Shown here in pieces: positions 31,207 to 40,302 of a stretch of DNA of 64,000 nt (positions are counted from its first letter, which is position 1; every line of letters starts with the position of its first letter). Source of the DNA: Coriobacteriales bacterium (GTDB taxonomy: Bacteria; Actinomycetota; Coriobacteriia; Coriobacteriales; QAMH01); assembly GCA_050943615.1 (NCBI GenBank), contig JBMNPN010000003.1, forward strand, positions 1,058 to 65,057. The letters are read 5' to 3'. The position numbers and the translations under genes were made by a program. A model generated the notes under the pieces. It ran no database searches. It worked only from the letters and a program-made list of their open reading frames with translations, and had not been told where the DNA came from.

Positions 31207-32445
31207 TTAATCGTAACGCTCGTCGATGACGCGCTTGGTCTTCTTCTGACTGCGCGGGAGCAGGCCGATCTCGACGACCTTCACGAGCGGCGTGAACCCG
31301 ATATGGCTCTTGACCTCAGCGGCGATGTCCTTTGCCAGCCCGAGGAAGTCCTGGGTGCCGTCGGTCTCCACGTAGATGCGCATCGTGTCGCGCCCTTCGA
31401 GGTGCGACAGGCGGATCTGGTACTCGCTCGAGAGCTGGGGGAACAGGCCGAGCACCTCTTCGATCTGCTTGGGGAAGACGTTGACGCCGTGGATCTTCAT
31501 CATATCGTCGCTTCTGCCCTGGATCTGGTCGATGCGGGTGAACTTGCTGCCGCAGGAGCACTGCCCGGGGATGATTCGCGTGAGGTCGTGCGTGCGGAAG
31601 CGGATGAGCGGCGCGCCCTCTTTCCTGAGCGTGGTGTAGACGAGCTCGCCGAAGGTGCCGTCCGGGACGTTCTCGCCCGTTTCGGGATCGATGATCTCGA
31701 CGTAATTGAAATCGTCCCAGTTGTGCATGCCGCTCTGCTCGCCGCACGAGATCGCCGTGCCCGGACCGTAGACCTCGGTCAGCCCGTAGATATCATAGAG
31801 CTCGATGCCGAGCAGGTCCTGGATGCGCTGGCGCATCTTGGGGCTCCAACGTTCCGACCCGATGATGCCCTTCCTGAGCTTGATCTTGTCCTTGAGACCG
31901 CGCTTCTCGATCTCCTCTGCAAGCAGCAGCGCGTAGCTCGAGGTCGCGCACAGCACCGTCGAGCCAAAGTCCTGCATCATCTGCAGCTGCTTTTCGGTAT
32001 TGCCCGGCCCCATGGGAATGGCCATCGCGCCGAACTTCTCGCAGCCGAGCTGAAAGCCGATGCCCGCGGTCCACAGGCCGTAGCCCGGGGTAATCTGGAC
32101 CCGGTCCTCCTTGGTGAGCCCCGCCATCTCGTAGCAGCGCGCGAACTGCGTTGCCCAGTCGTCGACGTCCTGCTTGGTGTAGGGGATCACGACCGGCGTG
32201 CCCGTCGTGCCCGAAGAGGAGTGGATGCGCACGACCTCGCTCGTCGGCACGCAGATCGGCCCGAGCGGGTAGGTGGCGCGCAGGTCGGCCTTGTCGGTGA
32301 AGGGGAGCTTTTGGAAATCCTCGGGCGTCTTGATGTCGTCGGGCGAGATGCCGGCGAATTTCTCCTGGTACATATTGCCGGGAAAGCTCATCACGCGCTC
32401 GAGCTGGCGCCTGATCTGCGCGAGCTGCTCATCGGTCATTTGCAT
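31207..32445 (-). CDS. Phenylacetate-CoA ligase family (PaaK-like aryl-acetate adenylating enzyme)
   Basis: 412 aa. Motifs PFTDKADLRATYPLG and SSGTTGTPVV (AMP-binding), plus C-terminal RIDQIQGRSDDMMKIHGVNVFP. Confidence 0.85.
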   Translation of the reverse strand: MQMTDEQLAQIRRQLERVMSFPGNMYQEKFAGISPDDIKTPEDFQKLPFTDKADLRATYPLGPICVPTSEVVRIHSSSGTTGTPVVIPYTKQDVDDWATQFARCYEMAGLTKEDRVQITPGYGLWTAGIGFQLGCEKFGAMAIPMGPGNTEKQLQMMQDFGSTVLCATSSYALLLAEEIEKRGLKDKIKLRKGIIGSERWSPKMRQRIQDLLGIELYDIYGLTEVYGPGTAISCGEQSGMHNWDDFNYVEIIDPETGENVPDGTFGELVYTTLRKEGAPLIRFRTHDLTRIIPGQCSCGSKFTRIDQIQGRSDDMMKIHGVNVFPKQIEEVLGLFPQLSSEYQIRLSHLEGRDTMRIYVETDGTQDFLGLAKDIAAEVKSHIGFTPLVKVVEIGLLPRSQKKTKRVIDERYD

Positions 32446-32505
32446 GGGAAAACACCTCTCCGAAAGTTGGGGACGAAAGGACCTTGCCGCTTTTCGTCGT
32501 GACGA

Positions 32506-33273
32506 TTATAAGGGCTGGAAGACCACCGCGAGCGCGCACAGCGCAACACAGGCGGCAACAGCCGCCGGATCGAGCGCCCTGAGCGGGTAGCGGCGATACG
32601 AGCTATGAGAACCGCGCAGGTCGAACCCGCGCAGCTCGGCTCCGATGGCGATGGCATCGGTCTTCTTGACCGAGCTCACGAGCAAAGGCACGCACAGCGA
32701 TATGACAAGCGGAATCTTCTTGATGATGCCTCGGCCGTCGAAGTTCACGCCGCGCGCCTTCTGCGCCTCCATGATGCTTTTCATCTCCTCGGCGAAAAGC
32801 GGGATGAAACGCACTGCCGTCGTGAAGGCGAAGGCATACTTATAGGGCAGGTGAAACGACGAGACGAGCTCGTTTGAAAGCGCGTTGAGCGGCGTCGTCA
32901 TGAACGCGAGGCTCAAAGGAAGCACCATGCAGACAATCTTGACGACGACCAGCACGCCGCTTTGAAGACCACCCACCGTGAGGGCGAGCGGACCGGCCTG
33001 GACGAGAACTGTGCCCTCCTGCACGAAGATGACCTGCAGGACCAGGGCTATCAGGGCAAGCGCCCCAAGTCCGAGCACAAGACGTGCGCTCTGACGGAAC
33101 ACGCCCGCCGAAGCCGAAAGGGCGAGCAGCACCACGATGACGCCGGTGACGAACAGGATGCTCGGGCTCATGGCGACGGCGATGCAGACGATGAGCGCGC
33201 ACAGAAAGCTCGCCACGGGATTGAGCTTGTGCAGGGGGCTATCCCCCGGCACGTACGAAAAAACGGTATCCAT
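32506..33273 (-). CDS. ecfT: ECF transporter transmembrane (T) component
   Basis: CbiQ-like with conserved Arg motifs AQKARGV and AELRGF. The start shares 1 nt with the ecfA2 stop. Confidence 0.85.
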   Translation of the reverse strand: MDTVFSYVPGDSPLHKLNPVASFLCALIVCIAVAMSPSILFVTGVIVVLLALSASAGVFRQSARLVLGLGALALIALVLQVIFVQEGTVLVQAGPLALTVGGLQSGVLVVVKIVCMVLPLSLAFMTTPLNALSNELVSSFHLPYKYAFAFTTAVRFIPLFAEEMKSIMEAQKARGVNFDGRGIIKKIPLVISLCVPLLVSSVKKTDAIAIGAELRGFDLRGSHSSYRRYPLRALDPAAVAACVALCALAVVFQPL

Positions 33274-34109
33274 CAGCTGATTCCTTTCATCTTCACGAGC
33301 GCGTCCGCCATCTCGTCTATCGTGAACAGGCCGGCAAGCGAGGGAAAATCCCGGCCGAGCTCTTGCGAGAGCGCGCAGATCTGAGGCGGCAACAACGAGG
33401 CCTGGGCGAGTAGGCCGGGCTGCGAGAAGACCTCGCGCGGCGTGCCCTGCACCAGCACATGGCCCTTTGCCAGGACGATCACGCGACTCGCGTACTGCAA
33501 GACGAGCTCCATGTCATGGCAGACCATGACGACGGTCGTGCCCGCCTCGTTCATGTGCCTGATGTGTTCCATCATCTCCTGACACTCGGCGTAATCGAAG
33601 CCCGTCGTGGGCTCGTCGAGCAAGAGGAGCTCGGGGTCAACGGCGATGAGCCCGGCAAGGGCAACGGCCTGGCGCTGCCCTTTGGCGAGCGTGAATGGGT
33701 CGACGTCGCCGTTGAGGTGCAGAAGCTCGAGGACTTCCTCGGTGCGAGATGCCACGCGCGCATCCTTCTTGCCATAGAGCGCCTTGAGCCCGAAGGCAAC
33801 CTCCTCGCGCACCGTGTTCTGCGAGATCTGGCGGTCGGGGTTCTGGAACAGGAAGCCGACCTGGCGTGCAAGCTCGCTCGTGCGCGTCGTCTCGGTCGCG
33901 TGTCCGCAGGTCACGACTCCGCCTTGGTTCGGGGCGAGCAGACCGTCTGCCAGGCGCAAAGTGGTCGACTTGCCCGTCCCGTTCGGACCGACGATGGCGA
34001 CGAACTCGCCGCGGTTCACCGAAAAGCTCAGGTGCTCGAGCACCGCCTGATCGCGGTAACCGAACGAGACGTCGCGAAACTCGAGGATGGCGTCTGCAGC
34101 GTTGCTCAC
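33273..34109 (-). CDS. ecfA: ECF transporter ATPase A2
   Basis: Walker A GPNGTGKST, signature LAKGQRQAV, Walker B LLLLDEP. Confidence 0.85.
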   Translation of the reverse strand: MSNAADAILEFRDVSFGYRDQAVLEHLSFSVNRGEFVAIVGPNGTGKSTTLRLADGLLAPNQGGVVTCGHATETTRTSELARQVGFLFQNPDRQISQNTVREEVAFGLKALYGKKDARVASRTEEVLELLHLNGDVDPFTLAKGQRQAVALAGLIAVDPELLLLDEPTTGFDYAECQEMMEHIRHMNEAGTTVVMVCHDMELVLQYASRVIVLAKGHVLVQGTPREVFSQPGLLAQASLLPPQICALSQELGRDFPSLAGLFTIDEMADALVKMKGIS

Positions 34110-34951
34110 GCGATCGCCTCCCGGATAATTCGCGCCGCTTCGGGGACCGTGAGCGGCGTGCTCGAAAGGCGCATCCCTTCCCGAGCGAGCTCATCGGCGA
34201 GCAATGTCACCGGCGGACAGCAGATGCCGTGGTCGAGGAGGCCCTCGGCATGCGAGCAGACCTCGCGCGTCGGTCCTTCCGTGACGATCCTGCCCTTCTC
34301 CATCACGACGAGGCGCGAGGCGAACTCGGCCAGAAGCTGGGCTTTCTGCTCGATCACGATGACGGTCGCGCCCTGCTCGTTGAGTTCCTTGAGGAGCTCG
34401 AAAATCTGCCGGCTCGAGAACGGGTCGAGCTCGGCGGTCGGCTCGTCGAGCAGGAGGACCCGCGGGGCAAGCGCGAGCAGGGTGGCGATGGCGACCTTTT
34501 GCTTCTGGCCGCCGGAAAGCGTCGATATCTGGCGATGGCGCAGATTAGAGATGCCGACCTGGTCGAGCGCCTGCTCGATGCGGGCGTTCGCCTCGTCTTC
34601 GGGAACACCGAAGTTCTCGAGCCCAAAGACGAGCTCGTCTTCCACGATTGCCGCCACCATCGAGCCATCGATGTCCTGGCTCACCGTTCCGATCGTGCGC
34701 GCGATGTCGGTCAGCTCCTGGTCGAAGGTGTCCTTGCCTTCGACTTTCACCGACCCGTAGTAATCGCCCTTGAAGTGGTGGGGAATCACGCCATTGATGC
34801 AGTGTCCCAGCGTGGTCTTTCCCGACCCGCTCTCCCCGCAGATCCCGACGAAGTCCCCCGCCTGGATCTCGAGCGTCACGTCATCGAGCGCCTTGCCCGT
34901 GCCCCGCTCGTAGCCAAAGCTCAAGTGCTCGATCGAGATCATGTTGCTCAC
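34106..34951 (-). CDS. ecfA: ECF transporter ATPase A1
   Basis: Walker A GESGSGKTT, signature LSGGQKQKV, Walker B VLLLDEP. 4-nt overlap with the next gene. Confidence 0.85.
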   Translation of the reverse strand: MSNMISIEHLSFGYERGTGKALDDVTLEIQAGDFVGICGESGSGKTTLGHCINGVIPHHFKGDYYGSVKVEGKDTFDQELTDIARTIGTVSQDIDGSMVAAIVEDELVFGLENFGVPEDEANARIEQALDQVGISNLRHRQISTLSGGQKQKVAIATLLALAPRVLLLDEPTAELDPFSSRQIFELLKELNEQGATVIVIEQKAQLLAEFASRLVVMEKGRIVTEGPTREVCSHAEGLLDHGICCPPVTLLADELAREGMRLSSTPLTVPEAARIIREAIA

Positions 34952-34990
34952 CTGCTCTCCTGCCTTTCGCCTGCCTTACCGAATGCCGCG

Positions 34991-35563
34991 CTAGTCCTTG
35001 TGCAGGGCCTTCTTCAGCGGAACGAGCAGGATGGCGACGATGATGGCGTTGAGCAGGGCGGTGATCACGACAATCGGGGCGTACTGCACGAGGCCGGCAT
35101 AGACGTTCATGCTCTTGATGACGACGACGATGGCGGAGAACAGGCCGCCGGAGATGAAGGTCGCGACGAAGGTGCCGATGCTCGCAGCGGCCATACCGCC
35201 CTTGCCCTGCGCGGGGATGGCGGCGATGAGACCGATAACGATGCCGCCGGCGAGCTCGGAGGCGAAGTTCACGAACGGGGTTCCGCAGAGCAGCGGAATC
35301 TGGCAGACCGCGCCGGTGATAAGGCCGATTATGGCGCCGAACGCGGCACCCTGCGCATAGCTTTTCGGCTTGATGAGGAGCAGCGCCAGGCAGTATGCGG
35401 CGATGATGAAGTTCGGCTTGACGCCGCCTTGGAAGAGCACTCCGACAAAGAGCTTGAGCACGGCGCCCGCCGCGATGAGCACTGCCGCCAGAACGAGGTC
35501 GGTGACCTGCAGTCCGGACTTCTTCTCGACGTTCATTTCGCGCTTCTGTGCAATTTCAGCCAT
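34991..35563 (-). CDS. ECF substrate-specific (S) component, TrpP-like (predicted tryptophan)
   Basis: 190 aa, 5-6 TM. GGVKPNFIIAAYCLALLLI and VVITALLNAIIVAILLVP resemble my recollection of B. subtilis TrpP. A Trp-specifier T-box lies upstream. Confidence 0.65.
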   Translation of the reverse strand: MAEIAQKREMNVEKKSGLQVTDLVLAAVLIAAGAVLKLFVGVLFQGGVKPNFIIAAYCLALLLIKPKSYAQGAAFGAIIGLITGAVCQIPLLCGTPFVNFASELAGGIVIGLIAAIPAQGKGGMAAASIGTFVATFISGGLFSAIVVVIKSMNVYAGLVQYAPIVVITALLNAIIVAILLVPLKKALHKD

Positions 35564-35753
35564 GATCCTTTTCCTTTCTCAGCTGAACGCGAACTCGGGA
35601 CCGTCCCGAACTCGCTCGCCCGTCTGCACCCTTTGGCGCATCCGGGCTTTCCCGGTAACCTCTGGGACCCCTTGTCCTAGAGGCTCGGGCGCATCTCCGC
35701 TTCTCAGCGGTGGCACGCCCTTGTTGGGCTCGTGAGAAAAAGGACCGGGCAAT

Positions 35754-36028
35754 AAAAAAATCCGCCCTCATCGCTTTCGCGAAAAGGACGGATTTGAATC
35801 CGTGGTGCCACCTTTTCTTAGCCTCCTTGCGGAGACTCTCTCACGAGAATGCCAACACATCCTCTGCCGTTAACGCCGGCGTACGTCTCGGATTGGGCTC
35901 TTGCGAGCCGCGCCCCTCGCCCTCGGTGGTCCATTTGCCTGGCTGCCTTCTGCGGAACTCTCAGCGTTCGTCCCGCTCTCTGTACTGCGCCTTACCAGAC
36001 GTTACTTCCACGTCACAGGTTTTGTGTT
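35754..36028 (-). promoter_or_regulatory. T-box riboswitch leader, specifier UGG (Trp), terminator type
   Basis: Elements on the minus strand:
- GA/K-turn-like GTGACG..AGTA.
- AG bay AGAGAG.
- Distal loop GCTGAGAG.
- Specifier loop GCAAA-TGG-A (TGG = 35933-35931).
- T-box sequence AAAAGGTGGCACCACGG (35816-35800).
- Terminator AAATCCGTCC...GGGCGGATTT followed by seven T (35795-35754). Confidence 0.75.
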
Positions 36029-36034
36029 GTGGAT

Positions 36035-36062
36035 ATTAATCTCCGCTTAGAGATTCTGTCAA
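36035..36062 (-). promoter_or_regulatory. Candidate sigma-70-type promoter of the T-box/ECF operon
   Basis: On the minus strand: TTGACA (36062-36057), a 16-nt spacer, then ATTAAT (36040-36035). Confidence 0.4.
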
Positions 36063-36117
36063 GAACTTTTTTCGAGATAACTCTTGGCGGAAAAGGGTCA
36101 GCGGCGCGTCGATCTTC

Positions 36118-36612
36118 GGTGTGGAGTTGACCGCTTGGGTCGCTTCGGTGCAGGTGACACATCGAAACCCGGGACTTGGTCGACCACCTGTGCCACCTCG
36201 ATGCAGCGTGCGCCGAAGCTCGGTAAGTGGTCGAAAGATAGTCGACCACCAGAACGACTTGGATGCAAATTCCGCATCGAGCCCCCTCACGTGGGCGGAT
36301 ACTCGCATCGAACCCAAGGACGTGGTCGACCACCAGGGGCGCTTCGATACACACCGCGATCCGAGACCTTCCACGCGCTCGCGCACTAAGGCCACTTGCG
36401 CGCAGAGTGCACGGAAGCCCTGTTCGTGTGCGCGCACCAGGGGCAGTTCCGCGCGAGAATCTGCGCACGAGCAGGAGTTCGGCACATTTCGGGCCCGATT
36501 CTTCGCAGAAGCCCCGCTCGTGTGCGCACACCAAGATGCCTTCTGCACGCCACGCGCAGAAGCCCGCTACGTGCGCGGCTGCTGAGAACGCTTCGGTACA
36601 GACCGCCGCGTA
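36118..36612 (+). repeat. Family B tandem repeat array 1 (~7 degenerate units of ~50-60 nt)
   Basis: Unit: GCATCGAAACCC-N5-GTGGTCGACCACC-AGG-GGC. Examples lie at 36159-36188 and 36305-36340. The distal units keep the frame but swap the palindromic core to GTGTGCGCGCACC (from 36427) or GTGTGCGCACACC (from 36520). Confidence 0.8.
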
Positions 36613-36675
36613 GCACATGGAAATCTCCGCAAACAAAAAGGCCAAGCGAATGCTCGCTTGGCCTTTGCCTGTTCC

Positions 36676-36751
36676 TGGTGGTCAGAGAGGGATTTGAACC
36701 CCCGGCACAGGGATTTTCAGTCCCCTGCTCTACCGACTGAGCTACCTGACC
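36676..36751 (-). tRNA. tRNA-Phe (anticodon GAA)
   Basis: 76 nt, hand-folded: GGTCAGGTAGCTCAGTCGGTAGAGC..., anticodon loop CTGAAAA, GGTTCAAATCC, encoded CCA. Confidence 0.92.
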
Positions 36752-36833
36752 AACTCATGTCGCGCTTAACGCAGCGTGCGATAGTTTACCATTTGTCGCG
36801 TCTCGGTCAAGACCGCAAACACTGCAAATGTCG

Positions 36834-38417
36834 CTATTGACTCGAGCTCGTGTCGCTCGAGCTGCTCGACGATTGCGCAGCCACTTCGTCGGCTTTTGCC
36901 TGCTGGTCTTTCTGATCTTGCTCGTCCCAGTACGCTTGGAGCTCTTCTTGCACGTCCGCTGGTAGCCCCGCGCTCATATCGAGCTCGACGGTCTGCGTAG
37001 ACTCGTAACCACAAATCTGCTCTTCTCTCTTGGTGAGCTTGGGCTTGTCACCCTGCTCTGCTTTCTGCATGAGCAAAATCCACTGGTTGCAGTAGGTAAA
37101 GACATAGCTCACCCCATCGACCATGCCCGTCGTCGAGGGCGCCATTCCCATGTAGAAGTCATCGCTGGTCATCCCTTGCATGGAGACCGCGAGATTAACG
37201 ACATCGTCAAGTGACATATCGGTCGTGAAGCACTTCGAGATGCTGTTGATGGTATTGGGAATCTGCGTTACGTCCTCAGAGAGAATCTTGGTGGCAATGG
37301 CCTGTACGAGGAGGCGTTGGCATTTGGTACGGGTGAAATCACCGTCTGAATAGGTCTTGCGATTGCGGGCAAGGGTCAGGGCCTGTTCGCCGTTGAGCGT
37401 CTGTTTGCCGGGCTGAATGGTGACTCCGTTGTACGACGCCATCTCGGGGACATCGACCTCGATGCCACCGAGGTCGTCCACGAGGTCGCTGAATCCATCG
37501 AAATAGATCTCAGCGTAATGGTCGATATCGACACCGGCGAACTCCTCCACGGTCTTGACCGCCTGCTTTGCCCCGTAACTGTAAGCGGCGTTGATCTTTT
37601 GCATCTGCCCGTTGATCATGACCTTGGTATCGCGCGGAATGGAGACGAGAGTGACCTTCTTGTTGGGCTGATCGATGCGGGCGAGCAAGATCACATCGGA
37701 GCGCGAGGAACCATCTGCACCGTCTTCGCGGGAATCAGACCCTAGAATCAATACCCAATACGGCTCCTCAGTTGACACGTTGGTCGCAAGTTCGCTTTTT
37801 ACCTCAGTGTCGCCTAGAGAGATATTGCTCTGGGCGTTCTGATAGAACGCGAGCGCCGCACCGGCAAAGGCAAAGAGCACGGCCACAACGATAAGCGTCA
37901 CCGTGAGTGCGATCTTCTGACCACGGGAAAAACGGCGGTGGCGGTACTGCCCGCTGTTTCTACTGTACTTTGAGATAGCCTGGTCCTGGGCAACGCCGCC
38001 TGCAGCGGCATATGCAACGTCTCCGCTGACTGAATATACCGCATCCCCTGCACCGTCGGAGAAGCTCCCGTTTCCATTCGTATCACCTGAGGGGCCGGGC
38101 TGTGCATCGAAGACCGCCGTCCCGTGCTCCCCTGTTGCCGGCTCCTGTGCCGATGTCTCGGCTCCGCCTTGCACCGCAGCATAATCGGAAACGGCACCTG
38201 ATGGCTGCTTTTCTTCATAGTCTTTCGGTGCGAAAGGATCATGCGCGACATTCTGTCCCGCATCGTTTTGGCTATCGATATGAGCCTGAATAGCACCAGT
38301 GTCAATGGGAACGAACTTGCTCGAATCCGTCGACCCCTTCAGGTGTTTGGGATGATAGTCGTGCGATGCGTGCCTGCCTCTGCCACGATAGTTGCGGTTC
38401 TCATGCTTGTTTGACAT
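36834..38417 (-). CDS. LCP (LytR-CpsA-Psr) family glycopolymer transferase
   Basis: Long low-complexity cytoplasmic N-terminus, one TM, then YWVLILGSDSRED...RSDVILLARID...LVSIPRDT. Ser-rich C-terminal tail. Confidence 0.85.
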   Translation of the reverse strand: MSNKHENRNYRGRGRHASHDYHPKHLKGSTDSSKFVPIDTGAIQAHIDSQNDAGQNVAHDPFAPKDYEEKQPSGAVSDYAAVQGGAETSAQEPATGEHGTAVFDAQPGPSGDTNGNGSFSDGAGDAVYSVSGDVAYAAAGGVAQDQAISKYSRNSGQYRHRRFSRGQKIALTVTLIVVAVLFAFAGAALAFYQNAQSNISLGDTEVKSELATNVSTEEPYWVLILGSDSREDGADGSSRSDVILLARIDQPNKKVTLVSIPRDTKVMINGQMQKINAAYSYGAKQAVKTVEEFAGVDIDHYAEIYFDGFSDLVDDLGGIEVDVPEMASYNGVTIQPGKQTLNGEQALTLARNRKTYSDGDFTRTKCQRLLVQAIATKILSEDVTQIPNTINSISKCFTTDMSLDDVVNLAVSMQGMTSDDFYMGMAPSTTGMVDGVSYVFTYCNQWILLMQKAEQGDKPKLTKREEQICGYESTQTVELDMSAGLPADVQEELQAYWDEQDQKDQQAKADEVAAQSSSSSSDTSSSQ

Positions 38418-38438
38418 AGGCGATTTCCTTTTCTTGGG

Positions 38439-39263
38439 CTACAAGACATCGGGAACGTCTTTGTAAAGCTTGGAATAGATTATGCACCCGCAAACGATCG
38501 TGAGCACGATAACTCCCATCCCGATTCCGAAGAAAGCAGGATCCGACCAAATCCACGACTTGCCTCCAGAAACGCTGAGAATATCCCTATAGCTTGACGT
38601 GATGAATGTTACAGGATTGAAATAGGCAATGATACGTATTGCCTCATTGTTGATATTTGAGATGGGAAACAACACACCCGAAAGCCAGAAAATCGGAGTC
38701 GAGAGCGCGGCGATGAGGTTCTTGACGTCTTTGCTCAGGGCGGAAAGCGGAGAGACCATCAAGGACCACCCGACGGAAAAACAGTACATGATGATGACAA
38801 TCAGGGGCAGCTGGAGCAAGTAGACGTCAAGTGCTCCCCCCGCGGCAAAGTATCCCACGAGAAGGCAGGCGAGCAGCATGAGGTGAATCAGCAGGCCCGA
38901 TAGCTCGTAGAAGACGGGAATCAGGACAACGGGGAACTTCAGCTTGCTGACCAGGTACGCGTACTTGTGAAAGACATCCGACCCCCCACCGAGCATATGC
39001 TGCAGGAAAAACCAGGGAATGAGCCCTGAAGAGAGCCAGACTATGTATGCTCCGCCCTCGAGTCCCGAGACGCGCGATGCCTTTAATCCGATGTCAAGGG
39101 CAAACCAGAAGCAGAGGATGTACATCGCGGGCTTGGCGAAAACCCAGACCCACCCAAGTGCGGTGCCACGTGCCCTCTTGCGCATCTCCACATAGGCAAG
39201 GTGCAGGACCTGGGCGCCCCAATCCCCCAAGCTGCCGAACAGCTCTCTCAGCGTGTAGAACAC
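38439..39263 (-). CDS. ABC-2 type polysaccharide/teichoic-acid export permease (TagG-like)
   Basis: 274 aa, 6 TM, ABC-2 architecture. GTG start shares 1 nt with the upstream ATPase stop. Confidence 0.8.
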   Translation of the reverse strand: MFYTLRELFGSLGDWGAQVLHLAYVEMRKRARGTALGWVWVFAKPAMYILCFWFALDIGLKASRVSGLEGGAYIVWLSSGLIPWFFLQHMLGGGSDVFHKYAYLVSKLKFPVVLIPVFYELSGLLIHLMLLACLLVGYFAAGGALDVYLLQLPLIVIIMYCFSVGWSLMVSPLSALSKDVKNLIAALSTPIFWLSGVLFPISNINNEAIRIIAYFNPVTFITSSYRDILSVSGGKSWIWSDPAFFGIGMGVIVLTIVCGCIIYSKLYKDVPDVL

Positions 39264-40063
39264 TAGTCATCATCTTTCTCGTAGAAGGCGATCGCATCGT
39301 CGATGGGGCCGTCAAACATCAGCTTGCCATGGTCCAGAACCATCCCACGCTCGCAAAACGCGCGTGCCGACCCAGCGCTGTGGGTGACAAAGAGCACGGT
39401 CGTCCCCTCTTCGTTCATGATTTTCCTTATGCGCTTGCGGCACTTCTTCTTGAACTTGCGATCTCCCACCGAAAGCGCCTCGTCGACGATGAGGATATCG
39501 GGGTCGATGCTCGAAGCGAAGGCAAAGCCGAGGCGCGCCTTCATTCCGCTCGAGTAACTGCGCATCGGCTGGTCAATGTAGACGCCGAGGTCGGCGAATT
39601 TGATAATCCCCTTCTCGCGGGCGGCAATCTCCTCGTTGGAAAGACCCCAGATTTGCCCGCGCAAGTAGATGTTCTGCCTGCCCGTGAGGGCATTGTCGAA
39701 ACCGGCCTTGAGCTCGAGCAGGGCGCTCACGCGCCCGTTAATCTCGATTTCGCCCGAAGTCGGGTACGTCACCCCGGTTATCATCTTCAGGCAAGTCGAC
39801 TTGCCTGCCCCGTTGGAACCCAGCAGAGCGACCGATTCGCCTTTTCTGATCTTGAAGGAGAGGTCATCGCTTGCACGGACGGCACGGTACTTGATGTGTT
39901 TGTTGAAGAACCCGAAGACGCGGGCACGGTCGTTGGCGTAGAGCTTGTATTCCTTCGTCACATGCTTGAACTCAATGACGACAGGAGGCATGTCCTCTTC
40001 CGTGACCTGCGTATTCGTTTGCTCTGCCTTGACCGGCAGCTGCTCTGTGCTCGTCTCGGGCAC
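39263..40063 (-). CDS. Polysaccharide/teichoic-acid export ATP-binding protein (TagH-like)
   Basis: Walker A GSNGAGKST, signature YSSGMKARLGF, Walker B ILIVDEALS. Start is GTG 40063 or ATG 39991. Confidence 0.85.
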   Translation of the reverse strand: MPETSTEQLPVKAEQTNTQVTEEDMPPVVIEFKHVTKEYKLYANDRARVFGFFNKHIKYRAVRASDDLSFKIRKGESVALLGSNGAGKSTCLKMITGVTYPTSGEIEINGRVSALLELKAGFDNALTGRQNIYLRGQIWGLSNEEIAAREKGIIKFADLGVYIDQPMRSYSSGMKARLGFAFASSIDPDILIVDEALSVGDRKFKKKCRKRIRKIMNEEGTTVLFVTHSAGSARAFCERGMVLDHGKLMFDGPIDDAIAFYEKDDD

Positions 40064-40302
40064 GTGCGAACCCTTTCTAAACCCCGCCCATAAGATTACA
40101 ACCCAAATGGCTGGCGAACGATAGTACCACCGAACTGCAGGAAAAGCCCCATTATCATGTAAGTACCATAAACACGTTTATCCCGACATATAAATCAGCT
40201 GGGACGTGCGGCCCCTCAGCTCCTGGTGTGTAAATCAAGTCTTTCGGTATTCTACTCTCTCGGTATTGAACCCACCAATATCATGTGTGCGAACGGAAGG
40301 TC

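Noticed and set aside
36013-36645. 210-aa and 170-aa minus-strand ORFs, and several plus-strand ORFs, across the Family B array (likewise 54012..54365)
   Set aside because: The translations are periodic Arg/Ala/Cys-rich repeats generated by the DNA repeat. All six frames are open in places, there are no SD sequences, and the region is better explained as non-coding tandem repeats.
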